59,401 nucleotides of DNA from an uncultured virus (IMG/VR IMGVR_UViG_3300002131_000106). Its lineage: Duplodnaviria > Heunggongvirae > Uroviricota > Caudoviricetes. The notes beneath the pieces are model-generated. The model was not told the DNA's origin and made no database searches. It worked only from the letters and a program-made list of their open reading frames with translations. Shown here one piece after another: positions 1-9,186 of this stretch (within the stretch, counting starts at the first letter, position 1; each line of letters begins with the position of its first letter). The position numbers and the translations under genes were made by a program. Location: IMG/VR virus record IMGVR_UViG_3300002131_000106. One strand, 5' to 3'.

Positions 1-52
1 ATGCCGAATATTCGGGTTAATCCTAAATTAGTCTAAAACTCGAGGAAACAAA

Positions 53-286
53 ATGACTGACGTAAATCAAGAAGTTCAAAGCGAAGAAACTGCTCCGGTT
101 CAATTGCAGCTCCAAGACATCGCAATGTGTGTTCAAGTGATTGATGTATGTTCTAAGCGTGGTGCTTTTGAAGGTACTGAAATGGAAGCCATTGGCGCTT
201 TGCGAAACAGGGTAGCTAAGTTCCTAGAAGCTAATGCTCCTGCTAAGCCTGAAGGCGAAGCTCCTTCGGATGCAGTAGCAGAGTAA
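53..286 (+). CDS. hypothetical protein
   Basis: 77-aa ORF with GAGGA RBS upstream. Confidence 0.75.
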   Translation: MTDVNQEVQSEETAPVQLQLQDIAMCVQVIDVCSKRGAFEGTEMEAIGALRNRVAKFLEANAPAKPEGEAPSDAVAE

Positions 287-366
287 CCACTTGCTCAACG
301 CTACAAAGGTTAAGGACTTCCTTTAAAAAGTCCCTCTATATTATTAATTATAAATTGGATATTATT

Positions 367-624
367 ATGCAAACTAGTGAAAAGGCAAATCTCATTGATT
401 CCCTCCGTAAGGGTACAGTAACGGTAACATTTCAAAAGATCGACAGTGATGAAGTTAGGGTTATGCCCTGTACTCTCAACCCTGTTATTCTAGAAGCTAA
501 TGGTGTAGATATTACAGTAGATAAGGTTAGTCCCGAATCAGATAATATCGCAGTATGGTCTTTAGATAAAGATGCTTGGAGATCTTTCCGTACTAATACC
601 GTGCTCGGATGGGAAGTCCTTTAA
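367..624 (+). CDS. conserved phage protein, possible WYL-like/SH3-fold
   Basis: V.F.K...R.M.CTL and VW..DK..WRSF pattern; ATG at 367 preferred over TTG at 355. Confidence 0.55.
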   Translation: MQTSEKANLIDSLRKGTVTVTFQKIDSDEVRVMPCTLNPVILEANGVDITVDKVSPESDNIAVWSLDKDAWRSFRTNTVLGWEVL

Positions 625-1559
625 TGAATGAGTTTTTGTGGTGTGAAAAGTATCGTCCTAAGAAAATAGCTGATTGCATTTTGCCCAAGCAAATCAAATC
701 AACTTTTGAAGATATTGTTAGAGGAGGTGACCTACACAATATACTTCTGGCCGGCACAGCCGGTCTCGGTAAAACTACCGTAGCAAAGGCATTATGCAAT
801 GAGCTAAACTTAGACTACTTATTTATTAATGGTTCCGAAGAATCAGGCATTGATACTCTCAGAACCAAGATTAAACAATTCGCATCTTCTGTTTCTCTCC
901 AGGGTGGCTACAAAGTAGTCATTCTGGACGAGGCGGATTATCTTAATGCTCAATCTACACAACCAGCTCTTCGAGGCTTTATCGAAGAATTCTCTAGCAA
1001 CTGCAGGTTTATTATGACTTGCAATTTCAAGAATCGAATTATCGAGCCTCTTCATTCCAGATGCTCTGTCATTGAATTTAATGTCTCTAAGAAAGATATG
1101 ATTGGTTTGTGCAGTAGTTTCCATACTAGAGCAATGGATATATGTAAAAAAGAAGGTATTACTGTCGATCCTGCTGTTCTAGCCGAAGTTATCATGAAGC
1201 ATGCGCCAGACTGGAGAAGGGTTTTAAACGAGCTTCAAAGATATTCAACATCCGGCACTATAGATACTGGCATATTAGTAAATCTATCTGAACAGTCTAT
1301 GGACAAACTAATGGGTATGCTAAAAAATAAAGACTTTAAAAATATGCGTCAATGGGCATCAGACAATATGAGTACCGAGCCTACTGCCATTTTTAGAAAG
1401 CTTTATGATAACATGTCAGACTATATTTTGCCAGCTAGCGGTCCACAATTGGTATTAATTCTTGCAGACTATCAGTATAAAAATAGCTTTGTTGCAGACC
1501 ACGAGATAAACCTCGTAGCCTGCTTAACAGAGATAATGGCACAGGTAAATTTCAAATGA
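624..1559 (+). CDS. gp44: clamp loader large subunit (T4 gp44-like AAA+ ATPase)
   Basis: LWCEKYRP, Walker A GTAGLGKTT, Walker B ILDEAD, SRC motif. Confidence 0.95.
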   Translation: MNEFLWCEKYRPKKIADCILPKQIKSTFEDIVRGGDLHNILLAGTAGLGKTTVAKALCNELNLDYLFINGSEESGIDTLRTKIKQFASSVSLQGGYKVVILDEADYLNAQSTQPALRGFIEEFSSNCRFIMTCNFKNRIIEPLHSRCSVIEFNVSKKDMIGLCSSFHTRAMDICKKEGITVDPAVLAEVIMKHAPDWRRVLNELQRYSTSGTIDTGILVNLSEQSMDKLMGMLKNKDFKNMRQWASDNMSTEPTAIFRKLYDNMSDYILPASGPQLVLILADYQYKNSFVADHEINLVACLTEIMAQVNFK

Positions 1560-1753
1560 GTATGTTAGAGGTGGATACCTATTTATGCTGGAAAGTGTAT
1601 TACTCTGATGACAAGGTTGGCTGGAGAGTTACATACTCCAAGTTCGGACAAATCCGATATGAAAGAGTATTTAACACCGAGGATGAAGCCTTAGCTTATA
1701 TAAGCGAAAGAAAACAGAAAGATCCTATTCTACTTAAGGAACAAGGAGAATGA
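1556..1753 (+). CDS. hypothetical protein between the clamp-loader genes
   Basis: 65-aa ORF overlapping both neighbours by ATGA. Confidence 0.6.
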   Translation: MSMLEVDTYLCWKVYYSDDKVGWRVTYSKFGQIRYERVFNTEDEALAYISERKQKDPILLKEQGE

Positions 1754-2130
1754 ATCCCTTTGAATATGTGTTAGCTATTAACACGTCAAAGAAAGATATA
1801 ATGGTTGATGACGTATCCGAAAAGAGTTATAACCCTTTTTTAGTCAACAGATCATTATCTTACTTTAATGACACCGTGTTATATGCTAATGAAATGAACA
1901 TTAACCATCACATTGATCATCGTCTTCAATTCGATTTTTTCATAAATATAATAAGGAAGAGGAAGAGATTCTCTAAATGGGCTAAACCGATTGAATTAGA
2001 GAACCTAGAAGTCATTAAAGAATATTATGGTTATAGCAACGAAAAAGCTAAGTCTGTATTATTATTATTTTCTAATGACCAAATCGAAACATTGAAGAAT
2101 AGGATGGATAAAGGTGGAAAACGAAAGTAA
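1750..2130 (+). CDS. gp62: clamp loader small subunit (T4 gp62-like)
   Basis: YNPFLVNRSLS, ANEMN, RKRFSKW, EYYGYS; position between gp44 and regA. Confidence 0.9.
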   Translation: MNPFEYVLAINTSKKDIMVDDVSEKSYNPFLVNRSLSYFNDTVLYANEMNINHHIDHRLQFDFFINIIRKRKRFSKWAKPIELENLEVIKEYYGYSNEKAKSVLLLFSNDQIETLKNRMDKGGKRK

Positions 2131-2536
2131 AGAAGTGAGGTCGTGGATACCGGCCAACATGCTAGAAATAAGCATTAATGAACCCGATGACTTCCTTAAG
2201 ATTAGGGAAACACTAACTAGAATTGGGGTAGCTTCCAGAAAAGATCAGAAGCTTTATCAGTCTTGCCATATTTTGCATAAACAGGGAAGATACTTCATAG
2301 TCCATTTTAAGGAGTTATTTCTATTAGATGGCAAGCCTTCAACGTTAATGGAAAATGATCTTCATAGAAGAAATACTATTGCAACGTTGTTATCTGATTG
2401 GGGCCTTGTTACTATACTGGATATGTCTCAAATAGATGAAATAGCACCCCTTAGACAAATCAAGGTTATACCGCACAAAGAAAAAGCCAACTGGAATTTG
2501 TGTCCTAAATATAATATTGGTAGTAAGCAACAATAA
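2114..2536 (+). CDS. regA: translational repressor RegA
   Basis: PDDFLKIRETLTRIG, LYQSCHILHKQGRYFIVHFKELF. Confidence 0.97.
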   Translation: MENESKEVRSWIPANMLEISINEPDDFLKIRETLTRIGVASRKDQKLYQSCHILHKQGRYFIVHFKELFLLDGKPSTLMENDLHRRNTIATLLSDWGLVTILDMSQIDEIAPLRQIKVIPHKEKANWNLCPKYNIGSKQQ

Positions 2537-2547
2537 CCAGATTTTTT

Positions 2548-2555
2548 TATAAATA
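2548..2555 (+). promoter_or_regulatory. T4-type late promoter TATAAATA
   Basis: exact consensus in intergenic region upstream of 2587. Confidence 0.75.
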
Positions 2556-2586
2556 TAGTTATATAACTATAGGAAAACTACCATAA

Positions 2587-3480
2587 ATGTGCGTCGTAGC
2601 CGTAAAATACTTTAAAGATGTTGGCTGGATCGGTGTTAAAAACCGAGATCGTAATTATCAACCAACTGTTCAAATAGTACAATCTAATCGTACTGGAGTT
2701 CAACGGCTATATCTTGACGACCTAAAAACTCGATATACTGAAGGTGTTAACGAGTTTGGATTATCAATCCTTTCAGCTTCTCTATCAATTAAAAGCGATG
2801 AGAAAGAAGCTGATAAGGTTGATGGTAATGAACGAGATGCTTCGTATATGTCGCCAGATGGTAAAGACATACGTGATGCTCTATTGTCTAAGTCCCCTAT
2901 GCAAGCCATTGACTTACTAGTATCTAGAGAACTTGCTGGATGCACCTTTGTCTTTAATGAAAAAGATTGTTATCTACTTGAAGGTGGATTCACCATTAAG
3001 AAAAAAGATGCCAAAGACCAAGAAGTTCCTCGGGATTACATATACAAAATTCTAAAGATTACTGGCTATGCGGTACGAACTAATCATGGCGTGGTACTAC
3101 CTCAGTTGGGATATAAGGTAGATGCTGCCGATCCTTACTTTGCTCGAGCACGAAAGTCTTCAGAAGTACGTAGAAAAATCGCTTTGAACGGAGTTAAGAA
3201 TTGTACTGATCCATTAGAAATGATGAATGCAATCTCAGAAACTCCTAATAAAGATGTATTCATGAATCCAATTCGTTTAGGAGATACTAATAAAGGCGAT
3301 ATGGTTACAACCGGTCAATTGATGTTAGTACCGGCAGAAAGAACTATGCACTATAGACCAATATATAGTGAAGTGCAGTTTAAGTATAGTAAATTAAATG
3401 GTCCTGATTCTAAGACATTCTTTGAAATTATTTCATCTAAAAAGCTTCTTGGCTTTAAAGAGCACTTCAAAACTTTATAA
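2587..3480 (+). CDS. putative N-terminal nucleophile (Ntn) hydrolase
   Basis: Cys2 after Met, KNRD motif near N-terminus, GVNEFGL, VRTNH. Confidence 0.55.
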   Translation: MCVVAVKYFKDVGWIGVKNRDRNYQPTVQIVQSNRTGVQRLYLDDLKTRYTEGVNEFGLSILSASLSIKSDEKEADKVDGNERDASYMSPDGKDIRDALLSKSPMQAIDLLVSRELAGCTFVFNEKDCYLLEGGFTIKKKDAKDQEVPRDYIYKILKITGYAVRTNHGVVLPQLGYKVDAADPYFARARKSSEVRRKIALNGVKNCTDPLEMMNAISETPNKDVFMNPIRLGDTNKGDMVTTGQLMLVPAERTMHYRPIYSEVQFKYSKLNGPDSKTFFEIISSKKLLGFKEHFKTL

Positions 3481-3483
3481 ATA
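3476..3483 (+). promoter_or_regulatory. late promoter TATAAATA
   Basis: exact consensus upstream of the hsp20 leader. Confidence 0.75.
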
Positions 3484-3484
3484 C

Positions 3485-3545
3485 ATGTGTTATGCCGAAT
3501 GGTCGGGTAACACATTTACACCTTGCTAAATAATAGGAGGTCATT
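3485..3545 (+). promoter_or_regulatory. structured hsp20 5' leader, ROSE-like RNA thermometer
   Basis: hairpin ATGTGTTA..TAACACAT followed by CCTTGCTA-AATAA-TAGGAGG pairing over the SD with a bulged G. Confidence 0.65.
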
Positions 3546-3998
3546 ATGACACATAGCAAACTGCACGTACCGCGCTCACTTTTTCTTGGGTTTGAAAATC
3601 TATTTGAAGACCTGGAGAGAATTCATTCTTCCGCAAGATCAGGGGATAACTATCCTCCACACAACGTTGTTAAAATCTCTGAAGGTGTCTTTGACATTGA
3701 GATGGCTGTTGCTGGTTTTAAAGAAGAGGATCTACGTATTGAAGTAAAAGATGGTATTTTGCACATTTATGGATGTAACGCCCAGGATACTAGGGAATAC
3801 GCACATAAAGGAATATCATCGCGCAAATTCGAGAAAAGCTTCCGCATCTCCGAATTTGTTGTAATAGATGGTGCTGATCTTAGAGATGGTATACTTGTCA
3901 TTCACTTGAGAGTAGAAGTCCCAGAAGAAAAGCGTCCTAGGGAGATCAAAATCGGATCGGCTGGGGCATCAAACAAAAACGTCTTTTTACAAGACTAA
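3546..3998 (+). CDS. hsp20: small heat shock protein (Hsp20/IbpA-like)
   Basis: NYPPHNV, IEMAVAGF, HKGISSRKFEKSF, GILVI, PEEKRPREI. Confidence 0.95.
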   Translation: MTHSKLHVPRSLFLGFENLFEDLERIHSSARSGDNYPPHNVVKISEGVFDIEMAVAGFKEEDLRIEVKDGILHIYGCNAQDTREYAHKGISSRKFEKSFRISEFVVIDGADLRDGILVIHLRVEVPEEKRPREIKIGSAGASNKNVFLQD

Positions 3999-4047
3999 TT
4001 GAGAGAAACTCAGTGGATTATTAATATCTAATCTACTGGAGATAATT

Positions 4048-4170
4048 ATGGGTTACATCCGTAAGCATAAAGATTCGATTAAGTTTAACGCAAAAATAAT
4101 TGCAGCAGCGAGCACCATGGTTTTGGCCTGGGTACTACCGTTTGCTACTATTTGGATTGCCTCCACTTAA
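4048..4170 (+). CDS. small membrane protein (40 aa)
   Basis: GGAG RBS; MGYIRKHK..TMVLAWVLPFATIWIAST hydrophobic tail; below ORF-track cutoff. Confidence 0.6.
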   Translation: MGYIRKHKDSIKFNAKIIAAASTMVLAWVLPFATIWIAST

Positions 4171-4186
4171 TTGATATGATAAACTC

Positions 4187-4215
4187 AAAGGAGCGAAGAA
4201 ATTTGCTCCTTTTTT
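4187..4215 (+). terminator. intrinsic terminator
   Basis: AAAGGAGCGAA-gaaa-TTTGCTCCTTT followed by a T run. Confidence 0.75.
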
Positions 4216-4222
4216 CATTTTA

Positions 4223-4255
4223 GGGGTTTACAACCTCGCTATATTATGGTATAAT
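4223..4255 (+). promoter_or_regulatory. sigma70-type early promoter (GGGG-TTTACA-N17-TATAAT)
   Basis: -35 at 4227, -10 at 4250; same motif recurs about 19 times. Confidence 0.85.
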
Positions 4256-4261
4256 ACTCGC

Positions 4262-6796
4262 ATGATAAAAAAAGCCTTCTATACAAATGTGTCTCGTTAC
4301 GGTAATCAACTTCTATACCGTGGAATCGAAAATGGTAAAAGGGTTCAAAGGAAATTCAAATACCAACCTACGCTATTCGTAGCTACCCAAAACCCTACTG
4401 ATTGGAAAGCCTTAGATGGCACACCAGTAGCCCCAGTACAATTTGATTCAATGCGCGATTCCAAAGAATGGCTTCAACAGAACAAAAGCGTCTCTGGCCG
4501 AAGCATCTTTGGAAACACCAAGCATATTGCATCATTCATTAATGACTATTTCCCTGGCGATGATATCGAATTCGATAGGTCCCAGATCAATGTAACAACA
4601 ATCGATATTGAATGCCAGTCTGATGATGGCTTCCCCGAACCTAGCATTGCGGCTAAAGAAGTTACTGCTATATGCTTAAAAAATAATATCGATGATATCT
4701 ACTATGTCTGGGGTTTACGCAGTTATGATGTAAGCAAATCCCTAATGAAAACTAACAAAGTAATTTATAAAGAATGCTCTACAGAGCAAGAATTACTCAC
4801 CTCTTTTGTAAACCATTGGGCTACACCCTCTAATACGCCAGATGTTATTACTGGTTGGAATTGCAGATTCTTTGATATTCCGTACCTTGTTAACAGGATG
4901 ATACGAGTCTTTGGACCTGACCGTGGATCAGAGCTTGTTAACAAACTTTCTACCTGGGGTATGGTAGACGAACGAACGGTTAATATGATGAGCAGGGATC
5001 AGCAAACCTTTGAAATCCACGGCATTTCTTGCCTTGATTATCTAGAGCTATTCAAAAAGTTTGGATACTCCTATGGTGCCCAAGAGTCATATCGTCTGGA
5101 CCATATTGCTAACGTTGTTCTTGGCGAAAAGAAACTCTCGTACCAAGAACACGGCAACCTCTTTACCCTGTATAAGGAAGATCATCAAAAGTTTATCGAC
5201 TATAACATTAAGGACGTTGAACTGGTAGACCGAATCGAAAATAAGATGGGATTGATTACTCTAGCGCTCACAATAGCTTATAAAGGCGGCGTTAATTACC
5301 CGGAGGTAATGGGAACAACCTCTATTTGGGATTCTATTATTTTTAGAAAGCTATACTCCCAAAAGACTATCGTACCATTTGCTACTGATAAAATGAGAAG
5401 CCCGTATCCAGGCGGATACGTTAAAGAGCCTATTACTGGAATGCACGATTGGGTAGTTTCCTTCGACCTTAACTCCCTTTATCCTTCTATTATTATGCAG
5501 TATAACATGTCCCCCGAAACTATAGCAGACGGGGAAATCTGCAACATAAACGTTGATTCAATCTTAGCTAATCCTTCTATAGCGAATAGCAGGGGGAAAT
5601 CGCTAGGTGCTAACGGACAATATTTCAATATCGATAAGATGGGGGTATTTCCTGCTATTATTTCTGACCTATACGAAGAACGTGTAGGGATCAAACGATC
5701 CATGCTTGATTCCCAACAGGAGCTTCAGGGTATAAACAAGGCTGATAAGCAAGAACTTCTAAGGCTCGAAAGGGATATATCCATCTCTGAAAACAAACAA
5801 ATGGCTATTAAGATTCTACTTAACTCCCTTTATGGCGCTATTGGCAACAAATACTTTAGGTTCTTTGATCAGCGCATAGCAGAAGCCATTACTTTATCTG
5901 GTCAGCTTATTATTAGATGGGGCGAAAAAGCCATTAATGACTATATTAACAAAATCCTAGGAACTAATAAAGACTATGTGATTGCTATTGATACTGACTC
6001 ATTGTATGTAAACTTAGGCCCATTAGTTAAAGCTGTAAATCCACCAAACCCTGTCGACTTCTTAGATAAAGTGTCTAAGGAAAAGCTAGAAGGTGTACTG
6101 AAAGAAGCATACGCTAAACTGTTTGATCAGCTTGGTGGCATCGAAAACAAGATGGTAATGAAAAGGGAAAACATTGCCAACCGCGGCATCTGGCAGGCTA
6201 AAAAGCGATATATCTTAAACGTCTTTGATAGCGAAGGCGTACGATACGCAGAGCCTAAAATCAAAATGACTGGGATCGAAGCTATTAAGTCTTCTACCCC
6301 TATGCCATGTCGTGATGAAATGAAAAAGATGTTTGGCATTATTATTAATGGTACCGAACAAGAAGTACAAGCAGCAATTGCGGACTTTAAAAAGCTATTC
6401 TATACCCTTCCTGCTCATGAGATAGCATTCCCTAGGGGTACAACCAAAGTTACTGATTTTGCAGATAGAAATACAATCTATAAAAAGGGAACGCCTATAC
6501 ATGTCCGAGGAGCACTACTCTACAACAAGCTTATTAAGGACCTATCTCTGGACAAAAAATACACAGAAATTAAAAGCGGTGAAAAGCTTAAATTCATCTA
6601 TCTTAAAAAGCCAAATCCTATCAAAGAAAATGTCATATCATTCCCCGACTACCTTCATGAAGAATTTGGGCTAACCCGCTATATTGATTATGACCTACAG
6701 TTTCAAAAAACATATCTAGACGGCATTGAGTCAATACTTAATGCGATTGGCTGGACCTCTGAAGAGATTTCAACCCTTGAACAATTTTTCGGATAG
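4262..6796 (+). CDS. gp43: family B DNA polymerase (T4 gp43-like)
   Basis: Exo DIE, SFDLNSLYPS, KILLNSLYG, AIDTDS, KKRY. Confidence 0.98.
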   Translation: MIKKAFYTNVSRYGNQLLYRGIENGKRVQRKFKYQPTLFVATQNPTDWKALDGTPVAPVQFDSMRDSKEWLQQNKSVSGRSIFGNTKHIASFINDYFPGDDIEFDRSQINVTTIDIECQSDDGFPEPSIAAKEVTAICLKNNIDDIYYVWGLRSYDVSKSLMKTNKVIYKECSTEQELLTSFVNHWATPSNTPDVITGWNCRFFDIPYLVNRMIRVFGPDRGSELVNKLSTWGMVDERTVNMMSRDQQTFEIHGISCLDYLELFKKFGYSYGAQESYRLDHIANVVLGEKKLSYQEHGNLFTLYKEDHQKFIDYNIKDVELVDRIENKMGLITLALTIAYKGGVNYPEVMGTTSIWDSIIFRKLYSQKTIVPFATDKMRSPYPGGYVKEPITGMHDWVVSFDLNSLYPSIIMQYNMSPETIADGEICNINVDSILANPSIANSRGKSLGANGQYFNIDKMGVFPAIISDLYEERVGIKRSMLDSQQELQGINKADKQELLRLERDISISENKQMAIKILLNSLYGAIGNKYFRFFDQRIAEAITLSGQLIIRWGEKAINDYINKILGTNKDYVIAIDTDSLYVNLGPLVKAVNPPNPVDFLDKVSKEKLEGVLKEAYAKLFDQLGGIENKMVMKRENIANRGIWQAKKRYILNVFDSEGVRYAEPKIKMTGIEAIKSSTPMPCRDEMKKMFGIIINGTEQEVQAAIADFKKLFYTLPAHEIAFPRGTTKVTDFADRNTIYKKGTPIHVRGALLYNKLIKDLSLDKKYTEIKSGEKLKFIYLKKPNPIKENVISFPDYLHEEFGLTRYIDYDLQFQKTYLDGIESILNAIGWTSEEISTLEQFFG

Positions 6797-6829
6797 GGGG
6801 TTTACAAAGCCCCTGTTTTATGATATAAT
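6796..6829 (+). promoter_or_regulatory. early promoter
   Basis: GGGGG TTTACA N17 TATAAT. Confidence 0.8.
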
Positions 6830-6856
6830 AGTACAACTAATTTGGAGAAAACGTAA

Positions 6857-7135
6857 ATGATTAAACTAGTAAGATTATCGTCAGGCGAAGAGCTAATTGG
6901 CGATGTAAAAGAAACCCCTGATGGCATTACCCTTAGTGATGCTATTATTCTAATTCCCGCTGGTGAAGGTAAGATTGGGTTTATGCCTTTTATGCCATAC
7001 ACCGAAGCATCAGACGGTATTTCGATCAGCAATCAGTTTATCGTCTTTATGGTAAAGCCAGTACAAAATCTAATCGATAACCATCGTGAAGCTACTGGCA
7101 AAATTGCTTTGCCTCCCTCGAGCATTATACTATGA
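6857..7135 (+). CDS. conserved T4-like hypothetical protein (Sm-like)
   Basis: IKLVRLSSGEELIG..F.PFMPY; GGAG RBS. Confidence 0.7.
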   Translation: MIKLVRLSSGEELIGDVKETPDGITLSDAIILIPAGEGKIGFMPFMPYTEASDGISISNQFIVFMVKPVQNLIDNHREATGKIALPPSSIIL

Positions 7136-7536
7136 GTAATGACTGGGTAAAAGATATTGCTGATATGCAAGACAAGTTTGGAACCCGCGAATGGGTTAAA
7201 AATAACCCCGAAAAGCTAAAAGACTTTATGGCCTTCAGACTTGACTTTATCGAAGAAGAGTTTATGGAAACTGTTAAAGCTTTTGTTGAAAATGATCCAG
7301 AAGAAATTGTTGATGGTCTTATTGATATTTGTGTAGTAGCTATTGGTACCTTGGATGCTTTTGGTGTAAATGCTAACGAAGCTTGGAATAGAGTACTAGA
7401 AGCTAATATGGCTAAAAAAGTCGGAATTAAGAAAGAAAGACCAAATCCTTTAGGTTTACCTGACCTAGAGAAACCAAATGGATGGAAAGCACCATCTCAC
7501 GAGGGCAATCATGGTATCCTTAACAATATTCAATAG
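7132..7536 (+). CDS. MazG-like/PRA-PH-type nucleoside triphosphate pyrophosphohydrolase
   Basis: IEEEFME..EIVDGLID acidic metal motif, ANMAK, DLEKP.GW. Confidence 0.8.
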   Translation: MSNDWVKDIADMQDKFGTREWVKNNPEKLKDFMAFRLDFIEEEFMETVKAFVENDPEEIVDGLIDICVVAIGTLDAFGVNANEAWNRVLEANMAKKVGIKKERPNPLGLPDLEKPNGWKAPSHEGNHGILNNIQ

Positions 7537-8428
7537 CATATATGATAACAAAACTGACAAGCGTATGGACTATAATACGTTTGAAGAGTTTGAGCATGTT
7601 TTGTATAAGCTATCAGAATCAACTAAGTACCCTACCAAGAAAGATGCACCGCTTATATCCCCGGCGGTGTATCTTCCTAAAACTACAAGGGCTAATGATA
7701 ACGTAGTCTCTTGGGGCGGATTTGGAATTGTAGACGTGGATGATTATGAAGGTAGTGTTGATGATATCCATAACAAGTATTCCCAGTATAAGTATATTTG
7801 TTACTCTACAGCAAGCTCGACAAAGGAACACCCTAAATTTAGACTGGTATTCCCTTTAAATCAAATTATATCTAAAGAAAAGATAAAACATTTTTGGTAT
7901 GCTCTTAATAAAGAGATTGGCGATATAGCAGACGCCCAAACAAAAGATCTTTCTAGGATGTATTACATACCAGGATCATATAAGGATGCTTACAATTTTA
8001 TTTTTACTCATGATGGTGAAATTATGGACCCAATTGAAGTGATGAGTAAGCATCCTTATGTTTCACAAAACGAGTCATTTTTCGATAGATTGCCTGAATC
8101 TATTAAGATTGGTTTAATGGAGCATAGAAAAAAGACCCTAATCAATACCAACTATACTTGGACAGGTTATGAAGACTGCCCATTCGTAAACAAGAAACAG
8201 GTTAACGAATATAAAGGTATTAGTGGCGGAGGTTGGTATCTTAAAATGTACCAGATAATGGTATCTACCGCAGGAAACGCTATATCAAGAGGCTACCCTA
8301 TAACATCCAAAGAGATAGAATATCTCTGCAGAGATATTGATAACTCTACTGGCGGATGGTATGGCAAGCGCGATATAGCAAAAGAAGCAGAGCGAGCTAT
8401 AGAGTTCGTGTTTAAAAATAATCTTTAA
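7511..8428 (+). CDS. archaeo-eukaryotic primase (PrimPol)-like protein
   Basis: IVDVDD, YSTASS..PKFRLVFP, DLSRMYYIP motifs; helical C-terminal domain. Confidence 0.65.
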   Translation: MVSLTIFNSIYDNKTDKRMDYNTFEEFEHVLYKLSESTKYPTKKDAPLISPAVYLPKTTRANDNVVSWGGFGIVDVDDYEGSVDDIHNKYSQYKYICYSTASSTKEHPKFRLVFPLNQIISKEKIKHFWYALNKEIGDIADAQTKDLSRMYYIPGSYKDAYNFIFTHDGEIMDPIEVMSKHPYVSQNESFFDRLPESIKIGLMEHRKKTLINTNYTWTGYEDCPFVNKKQVNEYKGISGGGWYLKMYQIMVSTAGNAISRGYPITSKEIEYLCRDIDNSTGGWYGKRDIAKEAERAIEFVFKNNL

Positions 8429-8440
8429 GAGAGTGTCATT

Positions 8441-8680
8441 ATGAGAACCGAAACTAGAACCACCTATGAATCTAAGGTTAAAGTTATTTGCAACAAAGTC
8501 GAGGTAGAAGCAGACGTTGATAAGTATCAGCCTGGCAAGTATCTTGCTATTTGCATTCAGGGGGTTAGGGTTAGTCTTAATTGTCAGAAAAATGGATCGT
8601 TCGTTGGATATTTTTCTGGAATGGAACTTGTATGCTTAGGCCCTCCTAGAGCTACATCAACATATACGCAAAGGGTATAA
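8441..8680 (+). CDS. hypothetical protein
   Basis: 79-aa ORF in operon. Confidence 0.65.
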   Translation: MRTETRTTYESKVKVICNKVEVEADVDKYQPGKYLAICIQGVRVSLNCQKNGSFVGYFSGMELVCLGPPRATSTYTQRV

Positions 8681-8684
8681 AATA

Positions 8685-9155
8685 ATGTTTGAATACAGAG
8701 CGAAAATACTACACATAGTGGATGGTGATACCGCAAGGGTCGATGTTGACCTTGGCTTTGGTATTGTTTATGCCAATCAAGCCGTTAGATTTTTTGGTAT
8801 CGATACACCTGAATCCAGGACCAAAGATCTTACTGAAAAATGGTATGGCAAACTTGCCTCTAATTTTGTTAGTGATCATCTAAAAGTAGGCGAAACCTAT
8901 AAAATGAAGACCACTATTGATAAGGGTAAGTTTGGAAGAATACTTGGTGAATTCTTTGTCAAGGGGTTTAAAGAAGATCTAGATCCATTTGGTCATAAAG
9001 TTCAAGAGGAATTCTCTCTGAACCAAAGAATGGTCGATCTAGGCTATGCTGTTGCTTACTTTGGTCAATCCAAGGATGATATCCAAGAGCAACATCTAAA
9101 TAACCGAGTTATTTTAGCAAATAGGGGTTTACATCCCGGCCAATACATGGTATAA
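8685..9155 (+). CDS. thermonuclease (SNase) family protein
   Basis: IVDGDT, GIDTPE, GKFGRILG. Confidence 0.85.
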   Translation: MFEYRAKILHIVDGDTARVDVDLGFGIVYANQAVRFFGIDTPESRTKDLTEKWYGKLASNFVSDHLKVGETYKMKTTIDKGKFGRILGEFFVKGFKEDLDPFGHKVQEEFSLNQRMVDLGYAVAYFGQSKDDIQEQHLNNRVILANRGLHPGQYMV

Positions 9156-9156
9156 T
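9124..9156 (+). promoter_or_regulatory. early promoter within the SNase 3' end, heading the modification operon
   Basis: GGGG TTTACA N17 TATAAT. Confidence 0.8.
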
Positions 9157-9186
9157 GGTCCTATATTAAATAAAAGAGTAAATCTT

